A stretch of 64,000 nucleotides of DNA from the NCBI RefSeq assembly GCF_018350175.1, contig NC_058368.1, positions 209,066,001-209,130,000 on the forward strand, given 5' to 3'. The notes beneath the pieces were generated by a model. The model ran no database searches. It saw only the letters and a program-made list of their open reading frames with translations, and was not told the DNA's origin. Position 1 is the first letter of the stretch. Each line of letters opens with the position of its first letter. Source of the DNA: Felis catus. Taxonomy: Eukaryota. Positions 38,951 through 52,230 of this stretch are shown here, piece by piece. The position numbers were made by a program, and so were the translations under genes.

Positions 38951-40154
38951 GTGGGTTTTTTTGGTTATTTGGTTTATCTCCCATGCCAGCTCTCTCTCCT
39001 GAAATAGTCTAGAAGCAATGGTGCCCCAGCATCAGTGAACATACGCAGTGCCAGGATCTAGATTTGTAAACAGAATTCCCTATTAAAAGGAGCCATGGAT
39101 CAATAGAGAAATGGGTAACATTAGAGCAGGAAAAGTACAAGATGAGCCAGGAACATTTTGTTGTGCCAGAATGTAACAAAGTACCCCAAAAGTGATGGGG
39201 ATATGTCAAAAGGACAGAAACCAGTGTTAGGGAGTTTCTATTAGATAAAAAGGTCTGGAAATATTCAGAAATTGGAAAGAAACACAATGTGCTTCAAATC
39301 ACTGCACTTTGGGGGAGTTTATATTTGTGGTTAAAACCATCAGTTAAAACTGCTTACAGAAACAAAAAATATACCTAGAATTCACAGTTTAAAATGTTTT
39401 ACTTCTTAGGAAACAGTATTTCCCATTAAAAGGATATGACTAAAATGTTTCATCTCCAAATAATAACAGCAAATTTTTGGAGTGGCTGGAGATCAGAATA
39501 ACTACATGTACTATTCAAATATAAATAAATATTTAAAAACATGTTTTTCCTGTAATTATTTATAAAGCTTCTAATTTCCATAATTAAAGGATATTCAAGG
39601 AGAAATTGCCCAATTAAAGATCCAAGCATTCTAGGGTCCCTGAACCTATCCTCTACCACGTTAGTCATGTAATTAAGAAAGAAATGTAACAGAATTGTTT
39701 TGATGTTGAAGAGAAAAGGGTTGAAGACAATCCAAAGAAAATGCACTTAACAATATCAACTCTAGATGAACTGACAAAAGGAAGTTTAATAAGTGAAACT
39801 CTAAGATAATCACAGGCATTCATTTATTATCATCTATGAAAACACCTTTTAATTTAACTTAATACTGATTTGTTATAGAGTTTTGATGTACAGGAATACT
39901 TCTCAGTGACGGCTAGAAATTTAATAGTCACACATTTGTGGGATCTAGGCCAAACAGCCCCATTTGAGTCTCAGGCAAAGTGTGTGTGTGAGACTTCAAA
40001 GTAAGAGAGGAAAACACTTTCTGATTGGAAGTAACGTACCAAAATTCTGGTTTAGAATAAATGAGTTTTAGATGACAATATAATTAAGATTTTAAAGTAT
40101 GCTTTTGATTTGTTTAAAGGTTGATTCCTCCTTATCCTTGTCCTACTTTCTTAA

Positions 40155-40795
40155 TGTTAAAAAAGAGACAACAGGGGCGCCTGGGTGGCTTGGTTGGTTA
40201 AGTGTCCGATTTTGGCTCAGGTCATGATCTCACAGTCCGTGAGTTCGAGCCCCACCTTGGGCTCTGTGCTGCTATGAGTTCAGAGCCTGGAGCTTGCCTG
40301 GGATTCTGTGTCTCCCTCTCTCTCTGCCCCTACCCCATTCACGTTCTGTCTCTGTCTCTCAAAAAATGAATAAACATTAAAAAAAAATTTTTTTTAAAAG
40401 AGAGAGACAACAGGCGCAAAATGGAATCACTTATGTTAAACCCATGGCACCAAAAAGAAACTTAAGACCTAACCTAAGTACTGTTTCAAACTCTCCCAGG
40501 AATGTAATCTTAACCAGAAAGTCTGGAATTTCCTGATCAACACCAGTGAGGTTATCCAACTAATAGACCCGTTTGTTCCCCCAAAAGGAAGGTATAACCT
40601 TGCTGGAAATAATCCTTTTTTTCCTATTTGTAAGTTTCTTGTCCCACCCTCTCTCTGCCTTTGAAAACATTCCATTTTGTACATCTCATAACTTTAGACT
40701 ACTTGCTAGAAGAGATGCTGCCCAAGTCACAAATCACTGAAGAAAAACGATGAGAGCGACAAATTTACTCAGCTGGATTTCTTTTGGATTTAACA
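40155..40795 (+). mobile_element. ERV1-type (MER34-like) LTR with a SINEC inserted at 40174-40400
   Basis: Termini tgttaaa / tttaaca; motif aaaatggaatcacttatgtt; the SINE is flanked by agagacaaca. Confidence 0.7.
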
Positions 40796-41882
40796 CTACT
40801 CGCCTGAACCTAAAGAAGTAAGATCCCATTTTCCCCACGTACAATAATCAATAATCCCATGAACTCCAGACCAACGTTCTTCATGTTTAAAACACACACA
40901 CACACACACACACAGCAGGACCCGATTTACAAAGTATATCTTATGAAAAACTTGAACACATAAAACAGACAAACCTGGAACTCCTCTGGCTGAAGTGAGA
41001 ACCCCCCTGCCCCTCACCCCCATCCCCAGGCCTCTCCTTGCACCTTACTGCAGCCCCTGCGGCACTCACAACATAACTCCAAGACGGCAGAACATGCAAA
41101 AGGTGACTCCAAGCAATAACTGATGTAAAGGTTCTGCTATCATCAGAAAAAATGTTTTTCAGATGCATAAGGAAAATACAGAATACAGAAACCAAAATGT
41201 TCTAAGTGATTATATTTGGGTAGTAGAATTATGAGTAATTTTTTCTTTTCCAAATTTTCTATTATTGACAGGAATTACTGTTAGAAACCCAATAAACTTT
41301 ATTTTTCCAAGATGTAAATATAATTATTCTTCCTGTAATGCACTGTGTTGTAGTATACAACAGAAAAAAGCATTTTTTACCACTGTGACTATACTTAAAA
41401 ATACACACACATACAACACACAGTGATGTAAAGATTAGAGATACAAATTTAACAATATAATTAGAAAGGCCTGTTTATATTTAAAGTACATAATATTTTA
41501 ATCACAACAGATCAGATATATTTAATTGTTTCCTTTAATGTCCTATTCACTGCAATTTCCAGTAAAGCCACAAGTTACTAATTACTCTTGGAATCAGAAA
41601 AGAGGTTAAAAAGTTAAGGAAAAAAAGTGTCCTATGAAATCTACTACTTTCAAATAATAATTCTTGCATTTCCAAAACCCATTACTCAAGCCAAAGACTG
41701 CAATTAAGATACCAGTAACATTTCCTAGACAAGTAAATAGTCAATTAATTACATCTGCTTCTAGGAAATGGAAAGAGTAAATATTAACCATGATTTTGAA
41801 ATCAAAACAGAGATATTCGGCAAAGTGGGAGAAGTTATAGTACATGGTTACAATATATAGAGATTTTTGCACATTGGTAACT

Positions 41883-42463
41883 AAAATTTTTTCCCAGTTT
41901 TATTGAGAAATAATTGATATACATCACTGTATATGTTTAAGGCATATAGCATGATAATATGATTTACATGTATTATGAAATGATTATCACAATAGGTTCA
42001 GCTAACATCCCTCATCTCATATAGATACAATATAAAAAAGAAAAAAGTAAAAAAAAAAAAAAAAAAAACTCTTGTGACGAGAACTCTTAGGATTTACTTC
42101 CATAACAACTTTCCTGTATATCATACAGTATTATAGTCATAATATTGTACATTATTATACCCCTAGTATTTATGTACCTTATAACTAGGAATTTGTACCT
42201 TTTGACTACCCTTCTCCAATTCCCTCATCCCCCACCTTCAGCCTCTGGTAACCACATGTCTGATGTCCTTTTCTGTGAGTCTGCGGTTTTTGGTCGTGCA
42301 GGGAATTGTTTGTTTGTTAGATTCCACATATAAGTGAGATCATATAGTATTTGTCTTTCTCTGTCTGGCTTATTTCATTTAGCATAATGCCTTGAAGTTC
42401 CATCCATGTTGTTGCAAATGGTAGCATTTCCTCATCTTTTATGGCTGAATAATATTCCACCCC

Positions 42464-42504
<41 letters not shown>

Positions 42505-43748
42505 ACCACAACTTCTTTATCCGTTTATCCATCCATGGACACTTAGGTTGTTTCCATGTATTGGTTGCTGCAAACAATGCTGCTATGAACATGGAGGTGC
42601 AGATATCTTTTAAAATTCATCTTTTCATTTCCTTTGGATATATTCCCAGAAGAGGAATTGCTGGATCATATGGTAGTTCTATTTTTAACTTTTTTTGAGG
42701 ATCTTCCATACTGTTTTCCACAGTGGCTACTCCAATTTACAATCTCACCAATACTGCACAAGGGTTCTCTTTTCTCTACATCCATACCAGCATTTGTTAT
42801 CTCCTGTCTTTTTGATAATGGCCATTCTAACAGGCACGAGGTGATATTTCACTGTGGTTTTAATTTGCATTTCCCTAATGACAAGTCATGTTGAGCATCT
42901 TTTCGTGTACTTGTTGGTCTTTAGTACATCTTCCTCAGAAAATGTCTATCCAGGTCCTTTGCTCACTTTTTAATTGGGTTCATTTTCTTTTGCTTTTGCT
43001 GTTGAGCTGTATGACTCTTCACATATTTTGGACATTAACCCTTATCAGATATATAGTTTGCAATTAGACATAGAAGGAACCAATCGCAACATAATAAAGG
43101 CCATACATGACGAGCTGACAGCTAACACCATACTCAATGGTGAAAGTTTAAAAGCTCTTCATCTAAGATCAGGAACAAGAGACAAGGGTGTCCACTCTCA
43201 TCACTCTTATTCAAGACAGTACTGGAAGTCATAACTAGAGAAATCAGGTAAGAAAAGAAAATATATCAAAATTGGAAAGTAAGAGGTAAAATGGTCTCTA
43301 TTTCTATTGCTAAATACAGAAAATCTTAAAGACTCAACAAAAAAAATTCTTAGATCTAATCAATGAATTCAGTAAAGTTGCAGGACACAAAATTAACATT
43401 AAAAAAATCAACAGTGCGGGGCACCGAGGTGGCTCAGTTAAGCATCTGACTTCAGCTCAGGTCATAATCTCACAGTTTGTGAGTTCCAGCCCCGCATCAG
43501 GCTCTGTGCTGACAGCTCAGAGCCTGGAACCTGCTTTGGATTCTGTGTCTCCCTCTCTCTCTGCTCTTCCCCCATTCATACTCTGTCTCTCTCTCCCTCA
43601 AAAATAAATAAAACATTAAAAAAAAAAAAAAAACAGTGCTTCCATACACTAACAAAGAACTTCCTGAAAAATAAAGAAATCAATCCCATTTACAATAGCA
43701 CTACAAACAATTAAACACTTATGAATAAACTTAACCAAGGAGGTAAAA
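41883..43748 (-). mobile_element. 5'-inverted (twin-primed) L1 with a nested SINEC at 43418-43631
   Basis: Antisense 3' portion 41883-~43064 joined to a sense RT-region portion ~43065-43748; ggtaact on both flanks; SINE TSD aacagtgc. Confidence 0.8.
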
Positions 43749-44055
43749 GGTAACTCTGATAACTTAATATTTTAATTTTAATTTTTTTGTGTTTCTACAT
43801 AGATTTGTTATCCATCCTTGTCCTACTTTCTTAATCATCTTATTATATGCACTATAAGTCTGAGACTGCAGAAACAGCCAGCAAGAGAACTAAACAGATT
43901 CCTTTCTTCTTGAAATTTTGTTAGCTAAAACTTAAATCCACAAAGTCTTAGTCTTTTTATAATGTAAGAAATCCCTGAATGGCTGAAACAATTAAGAAGA
44001 GCTTAGAGACTGGCAAAAACTTTTCTTCCTCATACTTTTTAAGAACTATTGTCTA

Positions 44056-44270
44056 GGGGCGCCTGGGTGGCGCAGTCGGTTAAGCGTCCGACTTCAGCCA
44101 GGTCACGATCTCGCGGTCCGTGAGTTCGAGCCCCGCGTCGGGCTCTGGGCTGATGGCTCGGAGCCTGGAGCCTGTTTCCGATTCTGTGTCTCCCTCTCTC
44201 TCTGCCCCTCCCCCGTTCATGCTCTGTCTCTCTCTGTCCCAAAAATAAATAAACATTGAAAAAAAAAAAA
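44056..44270 (+). mobile_element. Young felid SINEC
   Basis: Perfect 15-bp TSD aagaactattgtcta at 44041-44055 and 44271-44285; TT|AAGA endonuclease site; CpGs intact. Confidence 0.96.
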
Positions 44271-44661
44271 AAGAACTATTGTCTATGGTAAATACAAGCT
44301 AAAAAGAATAAATAGGAGTTTTCTAAGGTTTCATTTCCACAAACCAGTTTTTTAAAGTTCTGGATTCCCAAAAGCTTCAAATAAAGCAGATAAAAGCAGA
44401 ACTAACTGAGTTTAAGATATGGACAGGGACCTATATCCCTATCTGCTTTCTTTCCTTACCACCCTCACTCTCACAACATCATCTTTGGTGGAATCCTAGG
44501 GACACTGACTTTAAGGAGAGACGAATGAGAAATTCTAGTGGAATACATGAAAAAAAAGAAACTACTGAAGCCACCATTGCAATATAATTTTATGCTTAAA
44601 TTATATTTGAATTCTGTTTGAATCATCTAACATATACTGGGTAGTTAATACAATTAGTCAA

Positions 44662-44880
44662 GGGGCATCTGGGTGGGTCAGTCCGTTAAGCTGAAACTGA
44701 CTCTTGGCTTCAGCTCAAGTCCTGATCTCTCGATCTCGTGTGTTCGAGCCCCATGTCAGGCTCTGGGCTGGCAGCTTGAAGTCTGCTTGGGATTCTCTGT
44801 CTCCCTCTCTCTCTGCCCCTCCCCTACTTGTACTGTCTCTCTCTTTCAAAACTAAAATAAACTTAAAAAAAAAATAACTA
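44662..44880 (+). mobile_element. Older SINEC
   Basis: Head, (CT) tract and A tail. Confidence 0.82.
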
Positions 44881-45009
44881 AAAATATGCATGAGGCTGGG
44901 ATCCTCATTAGGGTTGAGAGGCACTTCACTGGGGTTCAATAGAAGGCAATTTGAAACATAGTATATTTATTTATTCCAATAGGTCAACCAGGGCATGTAA
45001 AGTAGATTA

Positions 45010-45607
45010 CAGTCAAATCTTCTTATTTGTAGTAGTTATGGTCTATAAAGTTCTGTAAACACTGAATTATCAAATACAGGGTTGGGTTCCTGTAAGCCTC
45101 TGGTCATATTTTCATCAAGCAATCAATACATAACTTTGTTTATGTTTTTGTTTAAGGACAACCATATAATAATATATATTCCTGATTCATAAACATTGAA
45201 CTCATAGCCAACAGCACTGTAAGTCGTGCCTGAATGAAGCTTATCCAACATATGTATTCTCTCTAGGGCACATCATGGACTTCTTACACTTAGGAACACC
45301 AGACAATGCTACAGCACTTCAGCACTACACTTGGGGGCCATTGTAAACAGCAAAATCACCAACAAAAATTGCCCAAATAAGAAAAACGCAACACTACATA
45401 GATCACAGAAAGGATACTTGATTACAACATGAGCTGAAACAAGAAAAAAGAGCATCAGCTTTTTCAAATTCTTTTTTGCCACTCTGTACATATGCACGTC
45501 TGCAAATGACCATAAAAGCACTGTGTACTGATTTTGGGGTTACAAAAAATTTTTAGCAAATAGGTGAGCTTGCAAATACAGGAACAACAAATAATCGGGA
45601 CCCACTG
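45010..45607. mobile_element. MER82-like TcMar-Tigger DNA transposon
   Basis: TA|cagt...actg|TA ends; gtagttatggtctataaagt...aacactgaatta. Confidence 0.75.
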
Positions 45608-45775
45608 TATTTTCTTAAGACAATCAAATCTCATATAAGATTTTGATTTAGTTACAAACCATGATTAGTGTTTTAGAAGAAGGTACTAAGACAGGGAAAG
45701 AAAGAGTAAAAATCAAAATTAAAATTGAGGCTCAAACTTCTGCATCAATTATACCCACTGACACTGTAATGTATC

Positions 45776-46835
45776 TGTGGTAACTTGCATTATTGTTCCC
45801 AATCCATAACCCCTCCTGCATCCTCCAGCTTTGGCATGTGATACTGCAGTTCCTCTCACTAAAGACCTGAGCATATTTCTCCACTGTACTGATGTTACCC
45901 ACAGTCATGTGATTTGCTCTGGCCAATGGAACGTCCATGGACATATGAGCAAAGACTTCAAATGTGCTTCCAGATTTGGGGTTTCCCTCTTGTGTTTCCG
46001 CCATCACCGTGAGAAAAACATGCCCTCAGGCAGTTTGCTAGTACAAGCGGGAACAGAAACACATGGAACAGACCTAGCACTAACTGGAGCTTGGAGCCAA
46101 GCCCAGCCATCCCAAAGATATGTCAGCAATTATAAACAAGCCATTAAGTTTGATAGGATTTATGCTGCTATAGTTAATTGGTATTTAGTGTAATTTTAAA
46201 ATATTATCTCACTAAAAATCTTTATTTAAAAGGTTGATGAGACTCTTTCATTCTTGTCCTAAGCCCTAGTACATAGTAAGTTTGTGCTATGTTGTTTATA
46301 AAGATGGCTACATCCATATCTCCCCGCCCACATGATCTTTTATAATGTGATCTTGTCATTCAACCACCAAATGGTAGAATCTATCTCCCCTCTCCACAAA
46401 TTTGCACTGGCGCTATGATGCTACATAAAATTTGAAGCCAGACCTTATAAAATCCAGTTTCCATATCCATCCTTCATGGAACCCAGTCATCAAGCAAGAA
46501 GTCAAACCCCACTAAGTCCACCACACTGTGAAAAAAGCCCGAACTAGACATGTGGAAAGAGAAAGTGGGAGAGACAGAGAGAGAGAGAGGGCACGCATGC
46601 GTGCACATGCACCTAGTCGGGAAGTGGGGAGTGCTGGGAGCAGGACAGATACCATGGGGTAGAGCACCAACCATAAACCATGTGAATGATGCACTTTGAA
46701 CCTTAACACCATCCTAGTGCCCCAGCTGACACTATATGAAGCATAAGAACTTCCTGATCAATCCACAGAATTGTGAGAAACAATACAGTGTTTAAAACAA
46801 GACACTAATTTTTAGGATGAATTATAGCAACTCAA
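45776..46835 (+). mobile_element. Two MaLR MLT1-type LTR relics (~45776-46190 and ~46285-46835)
   Basis: catgtgatttgctctggccaatggaa; aaagatggctacatcc...ccacagaattgtgagaaa. Confidence 0.6.
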
Positions 46836-46898
46836 ACAAGTTGTTAACAAATGTGTGCCAAATTAATTAAATTCACTAAAATATTGTTTAATGCTTAC

Positions 46899-47052
46899 CT
46901 TGGTGTTCGCCATGTCCACAATATACTGGTCTCCCTTTATACATTCCATTACTTCAAAACCATCTCTGTCAATCACTTTAGCCTGAGAGCTTCCAGATAC
47001 AACAAGAATCATGTCTCCCGTGTTACTATACTGCAATGACTTGATCTGATGG
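46899..47052 (-). CDS. WDR70: WDR70 internal coding exon (154 nt), WD40-repeat protein 70
   Basis: Minus strand reads ttttttctcttacaaag|C CAT CAG ATC...ACC AAG|gtaagc, with a pyrimidine tract plus AG acceptor and a GT donor. It encodes (C)HQIKSLQYSNTGDMILVVSGSSQAKVIDRDGFEVMECIKGDQYIVDMANTK, which I recognise as WDR70. It ends in phase 0, matching the next exon. Confidence 0.95.
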
Positions 47053-47729
47053 CTTTGTAAGAGAAAAAAGAAAACAGGTGTGTAAGACACTGGGCATAAT
47101 ATTTATACTTCCACTACATTAGGCACTGCCAGAAGAAAGTTGCACAACTACGCAAATTGATAATTCTTCAAAAGCAAGATCATCAACTTCGAATGGGTCC
47201 TCAACACCAGTGGCTATCCTATTAGCGCTCTCCTCCCACTCACCACAGCAATTTGTTAAAATCTCTACTCACCAACCAACTCTCCCCTCTTTCAGCTGTT
47301 GATTTGTCTGGCTCTTTGCCAAAAGAAACAAACAACAACTGCCTCAACTTCCTCCCACTAGTGTTATAAACTTACTTATCTGCATCTGAACACCTCTCTT
47401 CCTCCGCCTCTTTGATTACAATGGTGAATGTAAACCTCTTCCTGCCCAAGGCAAATCTAATACCTGTATTCTGCATCCCATCCCTTCCAGTGTCCTCAGG
47501 AACACTACTGATTGTCGCCCCTCTTTCCCCTTCACAGCTAAGGCGTTAGAACAAGGTTTCATCTCCTTTATTCCTCTGGTACTATGGCATCCCTTCCATT
47601 CTCACCGCTCTACTCATTCCTCTAGCTTCAGACTATGTTACCATTCCAAAGTAGCCCACGTTCAATGCCAATGTGCAGTAAAATGGCCCAGCTCTCTGCT
47701 TCAGTCTGGGATATGTCGGAAGAATTATA

Positions 47730-48960
47730 CCAGCTTCAGTTTCCCTGTGGGATCAGCTGTGGCTGCTTCTGCCACTCCATGACGCCACAATTCCTGCACC
47801 TTCCTAAGCGTGCTTCCCTTGCACCTTCTCTCACAGGGGCTGATCCCACCACGAGCACTCCTCAACCAACCTTCTGCATGCAAATCCCGAAGTTTCAAGG
47901 TATGTTTCTGGGGAACCTGACCTGAGAGAGTTGCCGCCAGAAACGGCCCTATGAAGTCAATTCCAAAATGAGATCCCGGAGGGGTATTCGTCACTGACTG
48001 GCTAGCAGTGAGGACCCTGTCGCAGGTGGCACAGAGTCCCCGCCGTGCTGCAACAGTGCAACTGCAACTGCCACAAATTCACCGTGAAGGGAGAGACACT
48101 GGCTGGTGGGCTACTTCAGGCATCTGAGAGGTACGGGAAAAGGAATAACTGAAACAACTGCAGAACTGGATCCCTATTACCTGGGTAGTCAGTACGATGA
48201 ACAAAGACAACGAAAGGCTGAGGCTGACTAAATCACCAATTAAAAACTATAGTGTGAAAGCCAAAGGGCCTCTCTGGCAGCCTATAAAGACAGGGTTATT
48301 GTCCCTGTCAGGTAAGTGAACGATTTGGTAAAGCGTCTTTTTCTACCGCTATTAGGAAGAGGGACCCAAAGCAGTTCACATTCTCAGGTGACCAACAACA
48401 GCACACGTGTGCATGCTCGAGCCAGGGCTACATTACTTTTCTGGCCCTTTGTCTTAACATACTCAGAAGGGACCTGGACCATCTGGACAACGTGAAGAAA
48501 TTCATGTTGGTCCATGATCTAGATGACATCATGCTAATTGAATCCAGTGAGCAAAAAATCAAGTACACTGGTGAGAAACCAGAAGTAGGGTTTGTCTCCA
48601 GAAGATGACAAACCCTAGGAAAGATCAAGAGATGGAGATAAGGAGACGTGGGGAAGATGCATGTAGACACGCCCACAAAAGTGGACACCAAATACGAAGC
48701 TCTTTGTATCACATGTTAATCCCAAAGGACATGAACTTCGAAAGAGGCAATAAACAATGCAAAATGAGTTGGCCAGTTCAGTTGACATTAGGTAGCTTTT
48801 GTCATCATCCACGCCACTGTTAATGCAATAGGCAGTGGAAGAAGGGATAGAAGTTAGGCATGGGACCAATGGTAACTCTCCAAAATAGACTTATTATTGT
48901 CAAAGGTCCAACCTCTCAGTAACTGAAGTCTATGATGAGCCCCACTCCCAAAATCAGTAC
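47730..48960 (+). mobile_element. ERVL-class (LTR16/ERV3-16-like) LTR end plus internal relic with an RT fragment
   Basis: LTR 3' end ttctgcatgcaaatc...gggaacctgacctgaga. Frame 48339-48608 translates FSTAIRKRDPKQFTF...QGYITFLALCLNILRRDLDHL...LVHDLDDIMLI. Confidence 0.75.
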
Positions 48961-48979
48961 TAAGCTAATGGAAAGTATG

Positions 48980-49410
48980 GAATATGAAAAACTGTGTAAT
49001 AAGTATATGGGAAAAAACAGAGTGGGGAGGACTGAAAATGTGTACCAAGGGGACGGGAATAAATATTTTAAGTAGAATGGTCAGGAAGTAAGTGACCGAG
49101 TGGGCTACGAAGTGAGGGAGTAGGCTGTGACAATATTTTGAGGAAGAGTGTTCTAAGAAGAAGCAACTTCTATCAGAAATGACCTGCAGCAAGAGTGTCC
49201 TGGCATTTGCCCAATGTAACCTGGAGCAGACTGAGCAAAACAAACAGGAGTTGGAGAGGTCAGAATGCAGCAGGTGGGGATGTGCAGATCACAGAGGGCC
49301 ACATAAGCCCCTGAAAGGGCCTTGGCTTTTGTTCTCTCTGAGAGAAATCAGAAGAAACCGACCAGAGTGCTTTGAGTGGAGCAAGGACACAATCTGACCT
49401 ACACTATACA
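48980..49410 (-). mobile_element. L2 relic
   Basis: cagatcacagagggccacataagcc...tttgagtggagcaaggacacaatctgacc. Confidence 0.6.
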
Positions 49411-49868
49411 GAACCATTTTTTTGTGCCTGGACCATTTTGCACTCTGAAGTCTGTGGGCTCCTTCTTCCTATGTTTTTTTAAACATCTTTAAAAAACTAC
49501 ATTAGACATATAGTGGAAACCAGCTATAAAGGAATAAATATTAAAATATTTTTTTAATTTGTGACATGTGAGTCTCCGTACTAACATATCAAGACACTAT
49601 GCCTAGAGGCAGATCTACTGTAATTTCAAAGTAATGATGAGCATAAGTAATACATATTTCAATGTACCTGTAGTAATGATAATATAGTAAGAAAGCACTG
49701 AAATTTGTAGGTACACCTGTGCCTTTGTTGCCTAGTTTCATAATTAAAGGAAATGATAAAAATCAGTTAGTGGTTAATGAAAAGAAACAATTTTTTACCC
49801 AAGTTCACAGAAATTGGGAATACCAGATATTGAACTTATGAGTCATGGAATTTAAAACAACTATAATC

Positions 49869-50090
49869 GGGGCGCCTGGGTGGCGCAGTCGGTTAAGCGT
49901 CCGACTTCAGCCAGGTCACGATCTCACGGTCTGTGGGTTCGAGCCCCGCATCGGGCTCTGGGCTGATGGCTCAGAGCCTGGAGCCTGTTTCCGATTCTGT
50001 GTCTCCCTCTCTCTCTGCCCCTCACCCGTTCATGCTGTGTCTCGCTCTGTCCCAAAAATAAATAAATAAAAAACGTTGAAAAAAAAAATT
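49869..50090 (+). mobile_element. Young felid SINEC inside an old L1 ORF1 relic (~49810-50690)
   Basis: Same diagnostic sequence as the 44056 copy; flanks aactataat. Confidence 0.92.
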
Positions 50091-50744
50091 AAAACTATAA
50101 TTAAGAAATTAAATGACAAGATAGATAATATATACACAGATTTGAAAATCACAAAAAAAGAAATATGTAGACATTTTAGAATGAAAACTACAATAACTGA
50201 AATTTAGAACTAATGGGTGGATTTAACAGGTGAGAATTACTGGCTAAACGATTATTTTTAGACTGAAGCATGGTGAGAAAAAATGGAAAATGCAAGAGAA
50301 AACATAAGGGAAACATGAGATATGGTGAAAAAGCCTCACATTAGATTTGTAGAATGGAAAGAGAGAGAAGCAACATGTGAAGAGGTGACCGTCAAAATTT
50401 TGGAAAAATGATAAGACACTAACCCAGAGATTCACAGTAAGTACTATAAACCCCAATAGGGTAGCAAAAAAAACACACCCAGGCACATCACAGCAAAAGT
50501 GTTGAACGTCAAAGACAAAAGTAAAACCTTAAAAACACTTTTTTTCCAAACATGTTTTCATCAGGAAACTCAAAGTAAAACTACAGATACCACTATATAC
50601 GTACCAAATGACTAAAATTTAAAAGGCTAACAATACCAAGTGTATCATTGGGACTGTGAAATGAAAAAAATCTACCTTCAGAGACAAAGGAAGATGTCAC
50701 ATCAACAACTGCAATGTATGAGACTGTCACCATTCTGCGTAAGA

Positions 50745-50930
50745 CCAACACTTCCCAACAGAACTTTCTGCAATGGTAGAAATGCTCTACATCTCTGTTG
50801 TCCATTGTCATAACCACTAGCCACATGTTTATATCGAGCACTAGAAATATGGCTAGTGCAACTAAGGAACTTAATTTTTAATTTTATTTTATTTAAATTT
50901 AAATAGCTACATATGAACAGTGCAGCTGTT
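50745..50930. mobile_element. MER3-like hAT-Charlie element
   Basis: ccaacagaactttctgcaatggtagaaatgctcta...ccactagccacatg...gagcactagaaatatggctagtgcaactaaggaac. Confidence 0.75.
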
Positions 50931-51050
50931 AAAATATGAAATAAATATAAAACAGTCTGAACTTAAGAAAAACAGAAGATTCTTATTGGCTCATAAAACA
51001 GATGAAAAATGAAATACAAAGTAAAATGGCCTTAAAAAAAAAGAAAACCT

Positions 51051-51472
51051 GGGGGGGACCTGGGGGGCTCAATTGGTTAAGCATCCAACTTCAGCTCAGG
51101 TCATGTTCTTGCAGTTCGTGGGTTTGAGCTCTACATCCTGCTCTGTGCTGACAGCTCAGAGCCTGGGGCCTGCTTCAGATTCTGTCTTCCTCTCTCTCTA
51201 TCCCTCCCCTACTCACACTCTTTCTCTCTCAAAAATAAGTAAAAATTTTAAAGAAAGAAAGAAAGAAAATCTGGGGTACTTGGTAGTTCAGTCAGTTGGC
51301 ATCCAACTCTTGATTTCAGCTCAGGTCACGGTCTCAGTTCATGGGTTCAAGTCTCATGTCAGGCTCTGCACTGGTGATGCAGAGCATGCTTGGGATTCTC
51401 TGTCTCCCTCTTTCTCTCCCTCCCTGCTTGTGCTCTATCTCTCTCTCTCCCTCTCAAAATAAATAAACACAC

Positions 51473-51510
<38 letters not shown>
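51051..51510 (+). mobile_element. Two tandem SINECs (51051-51260, 51272-51470) ending in (CA)n
   Basis: Two tRNA-like heads; repeated flank gaaaa(c/t)ct. Confidence 0.85.
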
Positions 51511-51512
<2 letters not shown>

Positions 51513-52230
51513 CCTAGCCAAATCTATTAAAGTCTATTTGGATGATAATAGTACGAGTACTAAAAAAGTCAGTGTAACTGATTTCCAGTTACAAATTTAG
51601 AAATGACTAATAAGTAAATTCGTCAGGTAAAAATTTCTTATTCCCCATGCTAAAAAACCATCTACAACATTCTTCAGAGATGGATCACATCAGAGCAATC
51701 TTAAAGGAATGCTATCACAGGTTATCATTCTCTCAAAAAACAAATCACCAAATAAATATGAATGGCCAACAAATAATTAAACACTTTAAATAGATATTAA
51801 TACACAAACCCACAAAGAATTCTGCTGGAGAACCAACTTAGTAAAGTCCCAAATATAAAATTTCTCTATCAAAAATAAAATTGAACATGGTTTTTTTTTA
51901 AGCTGTCCTCATAACTTCTTTTGTGAATATAACTCTCTTGGCCAAAAAAAAAAAAAAAAAAAAACAGTCAAATTCTTTGATTTATTCTAACAGGCCAATC
52001 TCAAAATAAAATAAATCTCAAGATAAGACAATTTTAACAAAAATTTAGGCAATTTAGTCTTATTTAGATTTACTTTTAAGTCTGTAATTTCAAGACTGAG
52101 AAATAAATGGATATTTCAGGAAAAAAAACTATTAACTTATGATAATTTTGTCTTTTAGGAACAGTATATAGACACAAAAAAATCAAAATTTAAATGTGTC
52201 TGGCTAATCTTCAAAAGAATTATTCTTCCT

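Larger units (their letters stand above)
18523..46898 (-). other. WDR70: WDR70 intron (28,376 nt, phase 0, GT-AG)
   Basis: Bounded by the donor at 46897-46898 and the acceptor at 18523-18524 of the two exons above. Confidence 0.9.

Noticed and set aside
44056..44140. tRNA genes (A/B boxes tggcgcagtcgg and gttcgagcc)
   Set aside because: These are tRNA-derived SINE heads followed by (CT)n, A tails and TSDs, not standalone tRNA genes.
46863..47090. The 75-aa ORF (and likewise 18442-18639) as standalone genes
   Set aside because: Only the splice-bounded cores are coding. The N-terminal F/L-rich parts are polypyrimidine tracts and the tails run into intron.
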